A DNA stretch of 64,000 bases from Candidatus Altiarchaeota archaeon (GTDB taxonomy: Archaea > Altiarchaeota > Altiarchaeia > IMC4 > SCGC-AAA252-I15). Below are positions 19,716 to 28,821 of the stretch, in pieces (position 1 is the stretch's first letter; every line of letters starts with the position of its first letter). The notes under the pieces were generated by a model, which saw only the letters and a list, made by a program, of their open reading frames with translations, was not told the DNA's origin and ran no database searches. The stretch covers positions 32,001 through 96,000 of the forward strand of contig JAZDMS010000023.1 of assembly GCA_043800705.1 (NCBI GenBank). The letters run 5' to 3'. The position numbers were made by a program, and so were the translations under genes.

Positions 19716-19786
19716 TCGGGGGCACAAAACCCTCAAACAGCCGCATTGGATAAGACAAGGTCCCGGCCTGTGGGGAGACAGAATAC

Positions 19787-20206
19787 TCACTTGAATATGT
19801 CCCGCCCGCTCTTCAAATATCTCTCTTTCTGTATTACGTCCTTCACCCTGTTCACGAGGTCGTCGTTGTCATACGGCTTTGTAATGTAGTCTTCTGAGCC
19901 TATCGCCCCCATCTTCTGGCTTAAGTCGTCAGTTTTGGCGGTTAAATAGACTATCGGTATACCCTTCATTACAGGGTCTTCCTTCATCTTAGACGCTACT
20001 GTCCACCCGTCCATCTCAGGCATCATAACATCCAATAATACGATGTCCGGCGGTGACTCAAGCATCGCCTCCAGCGCCTTTTTACCGGACGTCAATCCAA
20101 TCACTTCAAGTTTAGGCTCCCTTTTTTTAAAGGCTGACTTAACACTCGCGACTATGTCCTCGTTGTCGTCCACAACCATAACCTTACCGTCCATAAAATC
20201 CACCAT
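19787..20206 (-). CDS. Single-domain response regulator (CheY-like)
   Basis: VMVVDDN, DIVLLDVMMPEMDG, LTAK, ITKPY. Confidence 0.95.
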   Translation of the reverse strand: MVDFMDGKVMVVDDNEDIVASVKSAFKKREPKLEVIGLTSGKKALEAMLESPPDIVLLDVMMPEMDGWTVASKMKEDPVMKGIPIVYLTAKTDDLSQKMGAIGSEDYITKPYDNDDLVNRVKDVIQKERYLKSGRDIFK

Positions 20207-20242
20207 TCAATGCTATTATCAATTTAATTATACCCCTATATA

Positions 20243-22195
20243 TCACATGGGAAGTGTGAATTTAACAGTAAGGCCCTTCCCAAGGCCATCGCTTTCAACC
20301 CAAATCATCCCTCCGTGTTTTTCTATGATGCGCTTGCATATGGCCAAGCCGAGTCCTGCCGAATGATTATGTCTGCTTGAGTCGACCTGGTAGAATTCGC
20401 TGAAAAGGAATTTAATTTTGTCTTTTTCGACACCTATCCCCCCATCCGACACGCTCACCTCGACTTTTCCCTCTCTCACAACCGCCTGGAAGCTTATGTT
20501 CCCGCCTTCCGGCATGAATTTCAGGGAGTTATTTACAATGTTGTTGAACACCTCGACAATCCTTAGCCTGTCGGCCACAACGGCAGGTATGCCCTCTGGG
20601 ATTCTGTCAACGAATCTTATGTTGGTGTCCCTGAACGCTTTTTCATTGTTTGTTATCACCTCCTCGACCACTTCGCGAAGACTCATGGGTCTCATATTGA
20701 ATTTCACAGAACCCGAGTCGAGCCTGGCTAAATCAAGGGTGCTCACCACCAGGTCCCTCATGTAGTAGATGTTCTTCATCGCAATCTCGAATAGCCTCCT
20801 ATCCTCCTCGCCATCCAGTTTCGTCTTCAGGTCCGGGAGAATCGATATCAGCGGGGTCAACGGCGTCCGCAGGTCGTGGCTCAGCTGGTTAACGAACTGG
20901 GTCTTCGTGTCCAAGAGTTCCTGAACCCGGTTCTTCTCCACCTCAAGCTGTTTGGTGCGTTCAACAACCCTCTCCTCGAGTTTTTCCGTATACTCCTGTA
21001 TCTTATCCTCCTTCTCCCTCAGTTCGGTGAAGTCCTCTATCGTCTCGATTACCGCCATCAACCCATCCTGGGGATCCCGTATGGGCGCAGCCGTGAATGA
21101 CAGATACTTTGCCCCCTTCATCCTCCAGCCTTCGGCGTGGTATGCCCCCTGGATGAGCTTTGATTTACTGTGGTTCTCATACAACGCAGGTATCCTCCCC
21201 ACATCACCGTCTACTAACACGTCAGCCAAGGTCGGGTGATATTCCCCATAGAAGGGCATCCAATGGTTGCATGTGCCGATTATGTCTCCCTTCTTCAAAC
21301 CGGTTAACTCCTCCATGGCATTGTTCCAGAACATCACCCTATGCCTCCCATCTATGACGAACAAGGGGATGCTTGAGCAATTAATCACCATCCTGGTCAG
21401 CTCCTCCGCAGCCTTCCTCTCCGTTATATCCTGCACTAGCCCGTCATAGGATATGATATTCCCCCCGCCGTCAAGGTGTTGTACCGCCGTGTTCCTAATC
21501 CATCTGATTCTCCCATCTTTTCGCACGATGCGGTGTTCCAAGGGCTTAACTATCTCCCCCGATACAATCCGGCTACTGTATTCCCTCACACTCTCCCTTT
21601 CCTCCTCAGGCACCATCTGTATCCAAAGGTACGGGTTCTCCATGAACTCGTCGGCCGTATAACCCGTGACTGCGACCGAGGCGTGGCCATGGATTGTCTC
21701 AACCGGCCTGCCCCCTTCAACAACCACGGTGTATATGTAGTCTGTAACTGACTCTATGATGTGCCTGTATCTCTCCTCGCTTTCTTGGATTTCCCTGCTC
21801 AATACACCCTCGACGTCCCTCTGGGTTATGATTCCGGCAATCCTCCCGTCTTCGACTATGGGCAGCCTCCTGAAACCCCCCTCAGACATTATCCTGGATG
21901 CTTCGCTGATTGTGGTATCCGGGTTGACTGTCACCACCGGAGACTTCATCACATCCCCTGCCTTCACCTCGGACGGATTTTTGTTCTCCGCGACTATTTT
22001 ATCTGAAAGGTCCCTCTCAGTCAATATCCCCAAAATCCTCCCGCCTGAGGCGACGATGACAGACCCGATGTTTTTATCAGACATCAGTTTCGCAGCTTCC
22101 TGGACGCAGGATCCAGACTCGACAGTGTAGACATTATGCGACATAATGTCCCCAACGACCTTAAAAAACCCCGCCCTTTTACTGATACTGTCCAA
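20243..22195 (-). CDS. Sensor histidine kinase CBS-CBS-PAS-PAS-HisKA-HATPase
   Basis: CBS pair (GILTERD, GIITQRD), PAS/PAC, H-box SHDLRTPL, N-box NNSLKF, G boxes DGGIG and GLGLAI. Confidence 0.92.
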   Translation of the reverse strand: MDSISKRAGFFKVVGDIMSHNVYTVESGSCVQEAAKLMSDKNIGSVIVASGGRILGILTERDLSDKIVAENKNPSEVKAGDVMKSPVVTVNPDTTISEASRIMSEGGFRRLPIVEDGRIAGIITQRDVEGVLSREIQESEERYRHIIESVTDYIYTVVVEGGRPVETIHGHASVAVTGYTADEFMENPYLWIQMVPEEERESVREYSSRIVSGEIVKPLEHRIVRKDGRIRWIRNTAVQHLDGGGNIISYDGLVQDITERKAAEELTRMVINCSSIPLFVIDGRHRVMFWNNAMEELTGLKKGDIIGTCNHWMPFYGEYHPTLADVLVDGDVGRIPALYENHSKSKLIQGAYHAEGWRMKGAKYLSFTAAPIRDPQDGLMAVIETIEDFTELREKEDKIQEYTEKLEERVVERTKQLEVEKNRVQELLDTKTQFVNQLSHDLRTPLTPLISILPDLKTKLDGEEDRRLFEIAMKNIYYMRDLVVSTLDLARLDSGSVKFNMRPMSLREVVEEVITNNEKAFRDTNIRFVDRIPEGIPAVVADRLRIVEVFNNIVNNSLKFMPEGGNISFQAVVREGKVEVSVSDGGIGVEKDKIKFLFSEFYQVDSSRHNHSAGLGLAICKRIIEKHGGMIWVESDGLGKGLTVKFTLPM

Positions 22196-22497
22196 GCAGA
22201 CCCCCTATGGATAATAATCAACGGTGAGTGATAAAAACCAAAATACTCCGACATGCCCTCACTTGTAACGTGCATAACCTGGCCCTGCTGAAGTCTAGAC
22301 CATGAATATAGCCCCGCCTTTCTTCTTCAAGCCGTCGACGGTTACAGTACGGGCTAAATCATCCCTACTTTTGGCCGCAGTATCTGATTTTTTCCCATAT
22401 TCCTGTAAAAGAATAATGCCGTGCGGTGTCCGCTCTATTACTACCTTTTACTGCACCTTTTTTTAACCTATTGGGCAGGTATCCTCTTGGGATCGGG

Positions 22498-25400
22498 ATG
22501 GTTGAGACGTTCGCGACTTCGCAATACACGGAGAAGTTTTTTGGGAACCTCACGCTCGCCCAGAGCCTGATGATGCTGGTTCTGGCCGTCCCCGGGGTCT
22601 TCATGGCAGCCAAGGGATTCTCCGCCCCCATCATACTCGGCTACGGCGGATTCTGCGTCGTTGCATACGCCGGCATCGCATTCTACGGCCTCGACGAGCA
22701 GGCGCTGCTTTGGCTCGGGTTCGCCTCGTCGAGGAGGAGGCTCCTTTGGAAGACGAAGGAGATGGAGGAGTTCATCGGCGTACAGGACATAGACACAAAC
22801 GTGGTGTTCACTAGGGACGGCCGGCTCCTATCTGTCGTGAAGGTTCTGCCGAAGGATCTCGGAGGCCTCGGGGAATCCGACATAGAGCGCGTTCTTGCGG
22901 GATATGGCGTGTTCCTCAACGAATTGAGCACGAACATCCAGATCATCATGTCCTCGACGGAGATAGACGTCGAAGGCTACCTCCAGAGGCTGAAGGAGAA
23001 GGTGCTCCTTTGCGGGAAGCCTCAGCGGCTTGCGTACTTCGAGCACTTCGCATCCTTCATGCGCGCCGTGGTGGAGTGCAAGACCGTCACCGACAGGGAC
23101 TATTACATTGTCGTCACCCAGCCTGAAGCCCGCGATCGGAGACGGGCGCTGGAGGACCTGGACACGAAGACCCGCAACATCGTCGCATCACTGGCGGATG
23201 CGGGCATCGACTGCGAAAGGCTCGAAACCGAAGCCCTCATCAGCTTCTTCACCAACTTCTACACCCCGAGATTCAGCCTCATTGGCGACCCATGGACTGC
23301 AGTGACCTTCCACGACAATGTCCGGGGGATGCTGGAGGCGGAGTCGTACCTGGAGCCGTTCAAGGCAGGGCGGCGTTTTACGCGCGGCGGCAGGGACTTT
23401 ACCCGAACGCCGAGGGAGCGGAGGACATCCGTGATCGAGGAGCTGATGCCCTCGTCTGTCGACATATTCAAGGACCATGCCGAGGTGGAGAAGTTCCACA
23501 GAGTCCTCTTCACTGTCCGGTTCCCAGCCTCAGTCCACCCGGGCTGGCTGACGAAACTCATACGGCAGCCCATAGACTTCGACATAGTCTTCCACATACA
23601 CCCCCTCAGCCAGAAGACCAGCGTCGACTACCTCCAGCACGAGATAACGAAGCTGGAGACGGACGTCACCACCAAGGAAAGGGAGGGCCTCATCGTCGCC
23701 GAGCGCGACAGGGTCAACCTGCAGCGGGTGAGGGACCTCCTCGGCAGGGTGTCGCGCGACGAGGAGAAATGCTTCGACGTCGCCCTCTACGTCAACGTCA
23801 AGGCCTACACGCTCAAGGAGTTGGACCTTGCGGTGATGCGGATCAAGGACGTCATCGAGGGGATGAACGCCCATGTGAAGGTGGCCAACTGGGAGATGGC
23901 GGACGCGCTCAGAAGCTGCTTCCCCCTGGCCGAGGACAGGCTCGGCGAACGCAGGGACAAGCTTTTTCCATCCAGCGCCGTAAGGGACTCCTATCCGTTC
24001 ATCCTCTCCAGCCTCGAAGACCGGGGACATGGAGCGGTCGTCGCGGGATACAACCAACTCAACGGGATACCCGTTCTCCTTGACATTTTCCGGCAGCCGA
24101 ATCCACACGTCCTGGTCCTCGGAAGCTCGGGCAGCGGCAAGTCCTTCCTAGTGAAGAAGCTAGTCCTGGCCGAGGCGATGCAGGACGTCGACATATTCGT
24201 CATCGACCCCCAGGGCGAATACGAGAAGGCGATATCGGCGATGGGCGGCCACGTCATACGCCTGGCCCAAGACTCCCCCTCAGTCATCAACCTCTTCGAC
24301 ATAATGGGGGGGACATACGACGAGCGCAAAGGCAGCATAAAGGCGTTCTTCAACATCATCCGCCAGGACATGGATGATAATCTGGCGGGATCTGCGGTCG
24401 GGATAGTCGACAAGATGATAGACAACGCCTACCGGAAGGCGGGGATATACGCCGACGACCCGTCGACGTGGGATCGGCCTGCGCCCACTTTCAGCGACGC
24501 ATACCAGGCCCTAAGCCAGTTCGCTTCGGAGTCGAGCTCGAACGCGGAAAAGTGGAAGAAGACCGCTGCGGAGGCGCTCCTTTCGCATCTGAGTCCGTTC
24601 GTCCATGGAGACCTCCGCTACCTCGACCGGGCAACGAGCGTCGATCTGAGGGGGAAAAACATCATCTCCTTCGACATTTCACAGGCCAGCCCGTTCAAGC
24701 CCCGCGAGAGGGCTCTTGCGCTCTTCATAGTATTCGACCACATATATTCCCACGTCAGAAGGCAGGAGAGGCTAAGGAGGAAGATGGTAGTCGTCGACGA
24801 GGCGTGGAGCGTCTTCGAAAACAACCAGGACGACCTCGGCCCGATAGTCCGCACAGGCCGCAAAGACAACCTGTCCGTCGTGATGATAGACCAGAACGTC
24901 GAAGACCTGCTCACAAAGGACGGGGACGGACGGGCCAGGGGGCACGTCATCCTCAACAACACCTCGACGAAGTTTATCCTCCGGCAGGAGGCTGCATGCC
25001 TGACGCTCGTGTCCGAGAAGTTCGCGCTGACGGAGAGCCAGAAGGCGTTCATCCAGACTGCAGGCCCGGGCGACGTGCTCCTGCTGACGCCTTCCGTGAA
25101 GCTCCCCCTGTTTGTGCTCGCCAGCCAGGAGGAGAAGAAGATGCTGTCCACAAGCCCGGAAGAGCACGCCAAGCAGCATGCGCCGAAGGAGTTGTCCGAA
25201 TTCGACAAGTCGAAGGACCTGGTCCTGCCGCAGCGCATCCTCTCAAACGAGGAGATGCGGCGGCTCAGGGCTGAAGGATACGTCCAGGTCGCAGACGCAG
25301 GCCTTGGCGTTGAGCCTTCCGTATACTTCGTCAAGGGGCAGGAGGGCGAGAATCCCCTCCATGCCCTGCGGAAAATACTGATATTCAAGGAGATCGAACG

Positions 25401-25740
25401 CCTGAGGAAACTGACGGGAATCCCGTCAGAAGAGCTGAACCTGAGGATGCACTCCCGGCTCATGCCGGACCTCACAGTCTGCCTCCCCGGCGGCTTTGCC
25501 GCCGCGATAGAGGTACTTGAGGCCGATGACTTCGAAACAGGGAACGCCGACTCGGACAACAAGATAAGACGGCTGGGAAACTACTCCAAAACCGTGCTTA
25601 TAGCCTTGGACGAAGATGTCAAGGCGGCGGCGGCATCAAGGGGGTATGGGGACGTCATTTTGTCTCATCAGGCGGTATCCGCCTTGGAGGACCTGTTCGG
25701 GGTGGGGAAAGCGCATGGAACCAGAGAAGCTACTGGATGA
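22498..25740 (+). CDS. PrgI-like membrane domain fused to VirB4/TraE-like ATPase
   Basis: N-terminal YTEKFFGNLTLAQ plus two TM (PrgI-like); Walker A GSSGSGKS, IDPQGEY, Walker B VVVDEAW, GRKDN, ILNN. Confidence 0.8.
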   Translation: MVETFATSQYTEKFFGNLTLAQSLMMLVLAVPGVFMAAKGFSAPIILGYGGFCVVAYAGIAFYGLDEQALLWLGFASSRRRLLWKTKEMEEFIGVQDIDTNVVFTRDGRLLSVVKVLPKDLGGLGESDIERVLAGYGVFLNELSTNIQIIMSSTEIDVEGYLQRLKEKVLLCGKPQRLAYFEHFASFMRAVVECKTVTDRDYYIVVTQPEARDRRRALEDLDTKTRNIVASLADAGIDCERLETEALISFFTNFYTPRFSLIGDPWTAVTFHDNVRGMLEAESYLEPFKAGRRFTRGGRDFTRTPRERRTSVIEELMPSSVDIFKDHAEVEKFHRVLFTVRFPASVHPGWLTKLIRQPIDFDIVFHIHPLSQKTSVDYLQHEITKLETDVTTKEREGLIVAERDRVNLQRVRDLLGRVSRDEEKCFDVALYVNVKAYTLKELDLAVMRIKDVIEGMNAHVKVANWEMADALRSCFPLAEDRLGERRDKLFPSSAVRDSYPFILSSLEDRGHGAVVAGYNQLNGIPVLLDIFRQPNPHVLVLGSSGSGKSFLVKKLVLAEAMQDVDIFVIDPQGEYEKAISAMGGHVIRLAQDSPSVINLFDIMGGTYDERKGSIKAFFNIIRQDMDDNLAGSAVGIVDKMIDNAYRKAGIYADDPSTWDRPAPTFSDAYQALSQFASESSSNAEKWKKTAAEALLSHLSPFVHGDLRYLDRATSVDLRGKNIISFDISQASPFKPRERALALFIVFDHIYSHVRRQERLRRKMVVVDEAWSVFENNQDDLGPIVRTGRKDNLSVVMIDQNVEDLLTKDGDGRARGHVILNNTSTKFILRQEAACLTLVSEKFALTESQKAFIQTAGPGDVLLLTPSVKLPLFVLASQEEKKMLSTSPEEHAKQHAPKELSEFDKSKDLVLPQRILSNEEMRRLRAEGYVQVADAGLGVEPSVYFVKGQEGENPLHALRKILIFKEIERLRKLTGIPSEELNLRMHSRLMPDLTVCLPGGFAAAIEVLEADDFETGNADSDNKIRRLGNYSKTVLIALDEDVKAAAASRGYGDVILSHQAVSALEDLFGVGKAHGTREATG

Positions 25741-26509
25741 ACTGTCGGCCTACTATTTCGGCCTCGGAAAGGAGGGACGGGGAGTCCTGAAGACGTTCGC
25801 ATGGATGATGTTCCTCGCCCTTCTGACCAACCTGGCCTCCCGCCTGCCCGCTAAAAAAGACGAGGACCACCTCAAGGTCGTCCTTGCGGAACCAGTCGGC
25901 GTCTGGGCCGACAGGCAGCGTATGAAGACTGTGACGCAACCGCAGGTGAAGACTGAGCCGCGCACACGGTCAGAGAAACTTACACTCTCCGCTTCCAAGG
26001 CTTTAAGAAAACTCAGCATCCCCCCCTTTAAGGTGAAAATTCCCGTCCGGCTGAAGACCGCGACCGCATATCCTCCGCCGATTGGTCAAAAGACGCCGGA
26101 TATGTCCAAATCCACACTGGGCGGACGCAACGGCGCATCGGAAACGGAACCGTTCGATCACCCCCCGTGCATGCCGGCGAATGCCGTCGCGGAGATCGAC
26201 TTCATACGGGCCGCAGAAAGGCGCGACATCATCGCATTGAAGGCCGCATTCGGGACCGTGCACGTCCCGTCGGATTCATATGATGAATCGGCGCGTCTCT
26301 TGGAAGCGCTGGGGCTGGAAGCCGCCGACTATCTGGCGCGGGTCCCACCCGGTGCGGACGGGTCGCCGTATCCGAGCGTCGACGCCGCTAAACGCCTCAG
26401 GGCGGTCGTCCTGTCTGACTCGCCGAACCTCGGGAGGATATGCGAAGCCGGCGGGATCGCAACATGGACCTCCCGGCAATGGAGGCTTCTGGCCCCGAAG
26501 CCATGCTAG
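25715..26509 (+). CDS. Hypothetical membrane-anchored protein, C-terminus possibly a degenerate PIN-like fold
   Basis: Overlaps the VirB4 stop; one TM; VHVPSDSYDE...VVLSDSPNLGRICEAGGI. Confidence 0.55.
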   Translation: MEPEKLLDELSAYYFGLGKEGRGVLKTFAWMMFLALLTNLASRLPAKKDEDHLKVVLAEPVGVWADRQRMKTVTQPQVKTEPRTRSEKLTLSASKALRKLSIPPFKVKIPVRLKTATAYPPPIGQKTPDMSKSTLGGRNGASETEPFDHPPCMPANAVAEIDFIRAAERRDIIALKAAFGTVHVPSDSYDESARLLEALGLEAADYLARVPPGADGSPYPSVDAAKRLRAVVLSDSPNLGRICEAGGIATWTSRQWRLLAPKPC

Positions 26510-26512
26510 ACA

Positions 26513-27436
26513 ATGGACCCAACGTTGAGGCAGCTCAGAGGACAGATCGGCTCGAGGATAGTCGGCAACGAAGAGGCCATAGAACACATCCTCATATGCC
26601 TCATCGCCCGCGGCCACCTGCTCCTGGAAAGCCCCCCGGGCCTCGGGAAAACGGAGATCTGCAAAAGCCTGGCTGAATCAGTGGATATGGGGTTCAAGAG
26701 GATACAGTGCACCCCGGACCTGACCCCGCAGGACATCATCGGGCAATCCCGCACAGACACGGAGACCGGCATGAGGACGCTGGACAAGGGCCCCCTTTTC
26801 ACCAACATCCTCCTGGTCGACGAGATCAACAGGGCCCAGCCGAAGACGCAGTCCGCATTCCTCGAGGCGATGGCTGAGGAGACTGTGACCAGCTACGGCA
26901 GATCATATCGGCTGCCGGAGCCCTTCATGGTCCTTGCCACCCAGAACCCTGTCGAATATGACGGGACATACCGCCTCCCCGAAGCGCAACAGGACAGGTT
27001 CCTGCTAAAATCCCACATGACCTATCTGGAAGGCGAGGACGAGAAGTCCGCGATCAAGGCGTCCATGTCCCGGCGGAAGGTGAAGCGGCTCTGCACCTCC
27101 CAGGACGTCATCGCTATGCAAAGGCATGCGGCGGAAACCGTGTCGGTGGAAGACCGTACCATGGACTACATAATCTCATTGGTCTCAGCGACGAGACACA
27201 GGAATGAGGTGATGGTGGGCGCAAGCACGAGGGCCGCCGTCTTGTACACGCAGGCTGCGAAGGCCCGCGCCTACATGGCGGGAAGGACGGAGGCCTGCTC
27301 AGACGACGTGAAGGCGCTGGCCCATCCGGTCCTTCGCCACAGGCTCCTCATGAACCCGGACGCAAAAAACTTCGGATACACGTCCGACGACCTCATAGAC
27401 GACATACTCCGAAAGACGAAATCCGGGGGTGAATAG
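26513..27436 (+). CDS. MoxR family AAA+ ATPase
   Basis: HLLLESPPGLGKT, RIQCTPDL, DEINRA, ATQNPVEYDGTYRLPEAQQDRF. Confidence 0.95.
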   Translation: MDPTLRQLRGQIGSRIVGNEEAIEHILICLIARGHLLLESPPGLGKTEICKSLAESVDMGFKRIQCTPDLTPQDIIGQSRTDTETGMRTLDKGPLFTNILLVDEINRAQPKTQSAFLEAMAEETVTSYGRSYRLPEPFMVLATQNPVEYDGTYRLPEAQQDRFLLKSHMTYLEGEDEKSAIKASMSRRKVKRLCTSQDVIAMQRHAAETVSVEDRTMDYIISLVSATRHRNEVMVGASTRAAVLYTQAAKARAYMAGRTEACSDDVKALAHPVLRHRLLMNPDAKNFGYTSDDLIDDILRKTKSGGE

Positions 27437-28678
27437 TCACTCCAGCTCCAGAGCCAATCCCTTCAAGGACTCCTTCAGCGATGCAAGCCCGCAGCCCGCA
27501 TCCTCAGAATAATGGCTCGCCTTTTCATTCGCCTCTTTCGCGCCGGCTTCGCTTCTTGCCGCCTTCTCCTTGGCGGATCCGATCTCCCTCCCTAAGGCAT
27601 CCTCCTTCGCGGCCTCCGGCATCGACTGCACGCTCATCCGCTGCTTCATAAGCTCGTCCCTAAGCGAGAAATATTCCCTCCTTAAACCATCGTCGAGCTC
27701 CTTCCTTGCGGACTCCACCTTTCTCAGGGTCTTCTCCGAGTCTTTGAGGCTGACCGAGCCTTTTGAAACTGCTTGGACGAATCCCTCCAACAGCGCCTCG
27801 ACGGCGCCGTCCTGGGCGGAAAAATAGGCATCCGCCGGATTCTCCTGAAGGCCCGCCGTTAGCTTCGCCTGCGCCTTGTCGAGAAGGAGCTTCTCGTATT
27901 TCCTCAGCCCCGACCTGAGGGGGCTAAGCGCCATATGGGCCTTAGAATCCATGGCCGATACCCTCCCCTCCAAGACCGACAACCCCCCCCTTGCCTCCAT
28001 CATGGTCGCATACTGCGGGCTGCCCCTCAGCGCCTGAAGCTCGGACTCCAGGGAAGCGGCTGTCTTCCTGGCGGATTCGGCCTCCAGACGGAGCCTTTCG
28101 GACTCTTCCGTCAACGCCTTGGATTTACCGACAAGCTCCAGGTAACGGTTCAACCTTTCCTTGACTTCCGACAGCTTAGCGGATTCCGTGTCAGATATCA
28201 AAATACCCTGCAGCTTCTCCCTCGCGTCAAGGAGCTTCCTGCAGTCGCCCTGAACTCTGCCCATCTCCTTTCGGAACGCGAACGTGAGGAATTTCCCGTC
28301 CCCGAAACTCACTTTTCCCATCGTGTCCAGGGCTTCGCCGAGTCTCGCCTCGTATGCCCGAAGGTCATCCAGTCCGCCTATCGGGGCGGCCAGACCCTCG
28401 GCGGCCAGAAGCATCGACTTCACGTATGCAGGCTTCGCGGTCCTCACGATCTTGTCGTATCTGGGATCGATGTCGTTGAAGCCGGAGGCATCAAGGCCCG
28501 CAAGATCCTCGCGCAGCCTCGCGACAAGCTCGCCCGCGGATGCGGCCACCGGTCCGGCATCTTCTGCCATCGCGTCTGCGTCGGACCTCAGCCTGTCCTC
28601 TATCCATCCATCAAGCCTGGCAAGCGGGATCCTCTTTGGCTTAGAGCCGCCGCCGAAGAGGCCGTCGAAGAATCCCAT
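27437..28678 (-). CDS. Hypothetical coiled-coil protein
   Basis: 413-aa helical, charged ORF starting MGFFDGLFG. Confidence 0.7.
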   Translation of the reverse strand: MGFFDGLFGGGSKPKRIPLARLDGWIEDRLRSDADAMAEDAGPVAASAGELVARLREDLAGLDASGFNDIDPRYDKIVRTAKPAYVKSMLLAAEGLAAPIGGLDDLRAYEARLGEALDTMGKVSFGDGKFLTFAFRKEMGRVQGDCRKLLDAREKLQGILISDTESAKLSEVKERLNRYLELVGKSKALTEESERLRLEAESARKTAASLESELQALRGSPQYATMMEARGGLSVLEGRVSAMDSKAHMALSPLRSGLRKYEKLLLDKAQAKLTAGLQENPADAYFSAQDGAVEALLEGFVQAVSKGSVSLKDSEKTLRKVESARKELDDGLRREYFSLRDELMKQRMSVQSMPEAAKEDALGREIGSAKEKAARSEAGAKEANEKASHYSEDAGCGLASLKESLKGLALELE

Positions 28679-28821
28679 GGAAAATGAATTGGACGCTCCG
28701 GATAAATATCGACTTCTAAGATGCTGTAGCGTGCTTTCTTGGGCCTTCCCATAATCTATGCACCACCCGGGCTTCTTCCTTTGCTCCCTGGAGCCTTATA
28801 TGCCCCCTACTAATAACTCAT

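Noticed and set aside
19482-22670. DGR template/variable repeat pair
   Set aside because: Mismatches are not adenine-specific in either direction, the repeat is at a gene 5' end, and no reverse transcriptase is present
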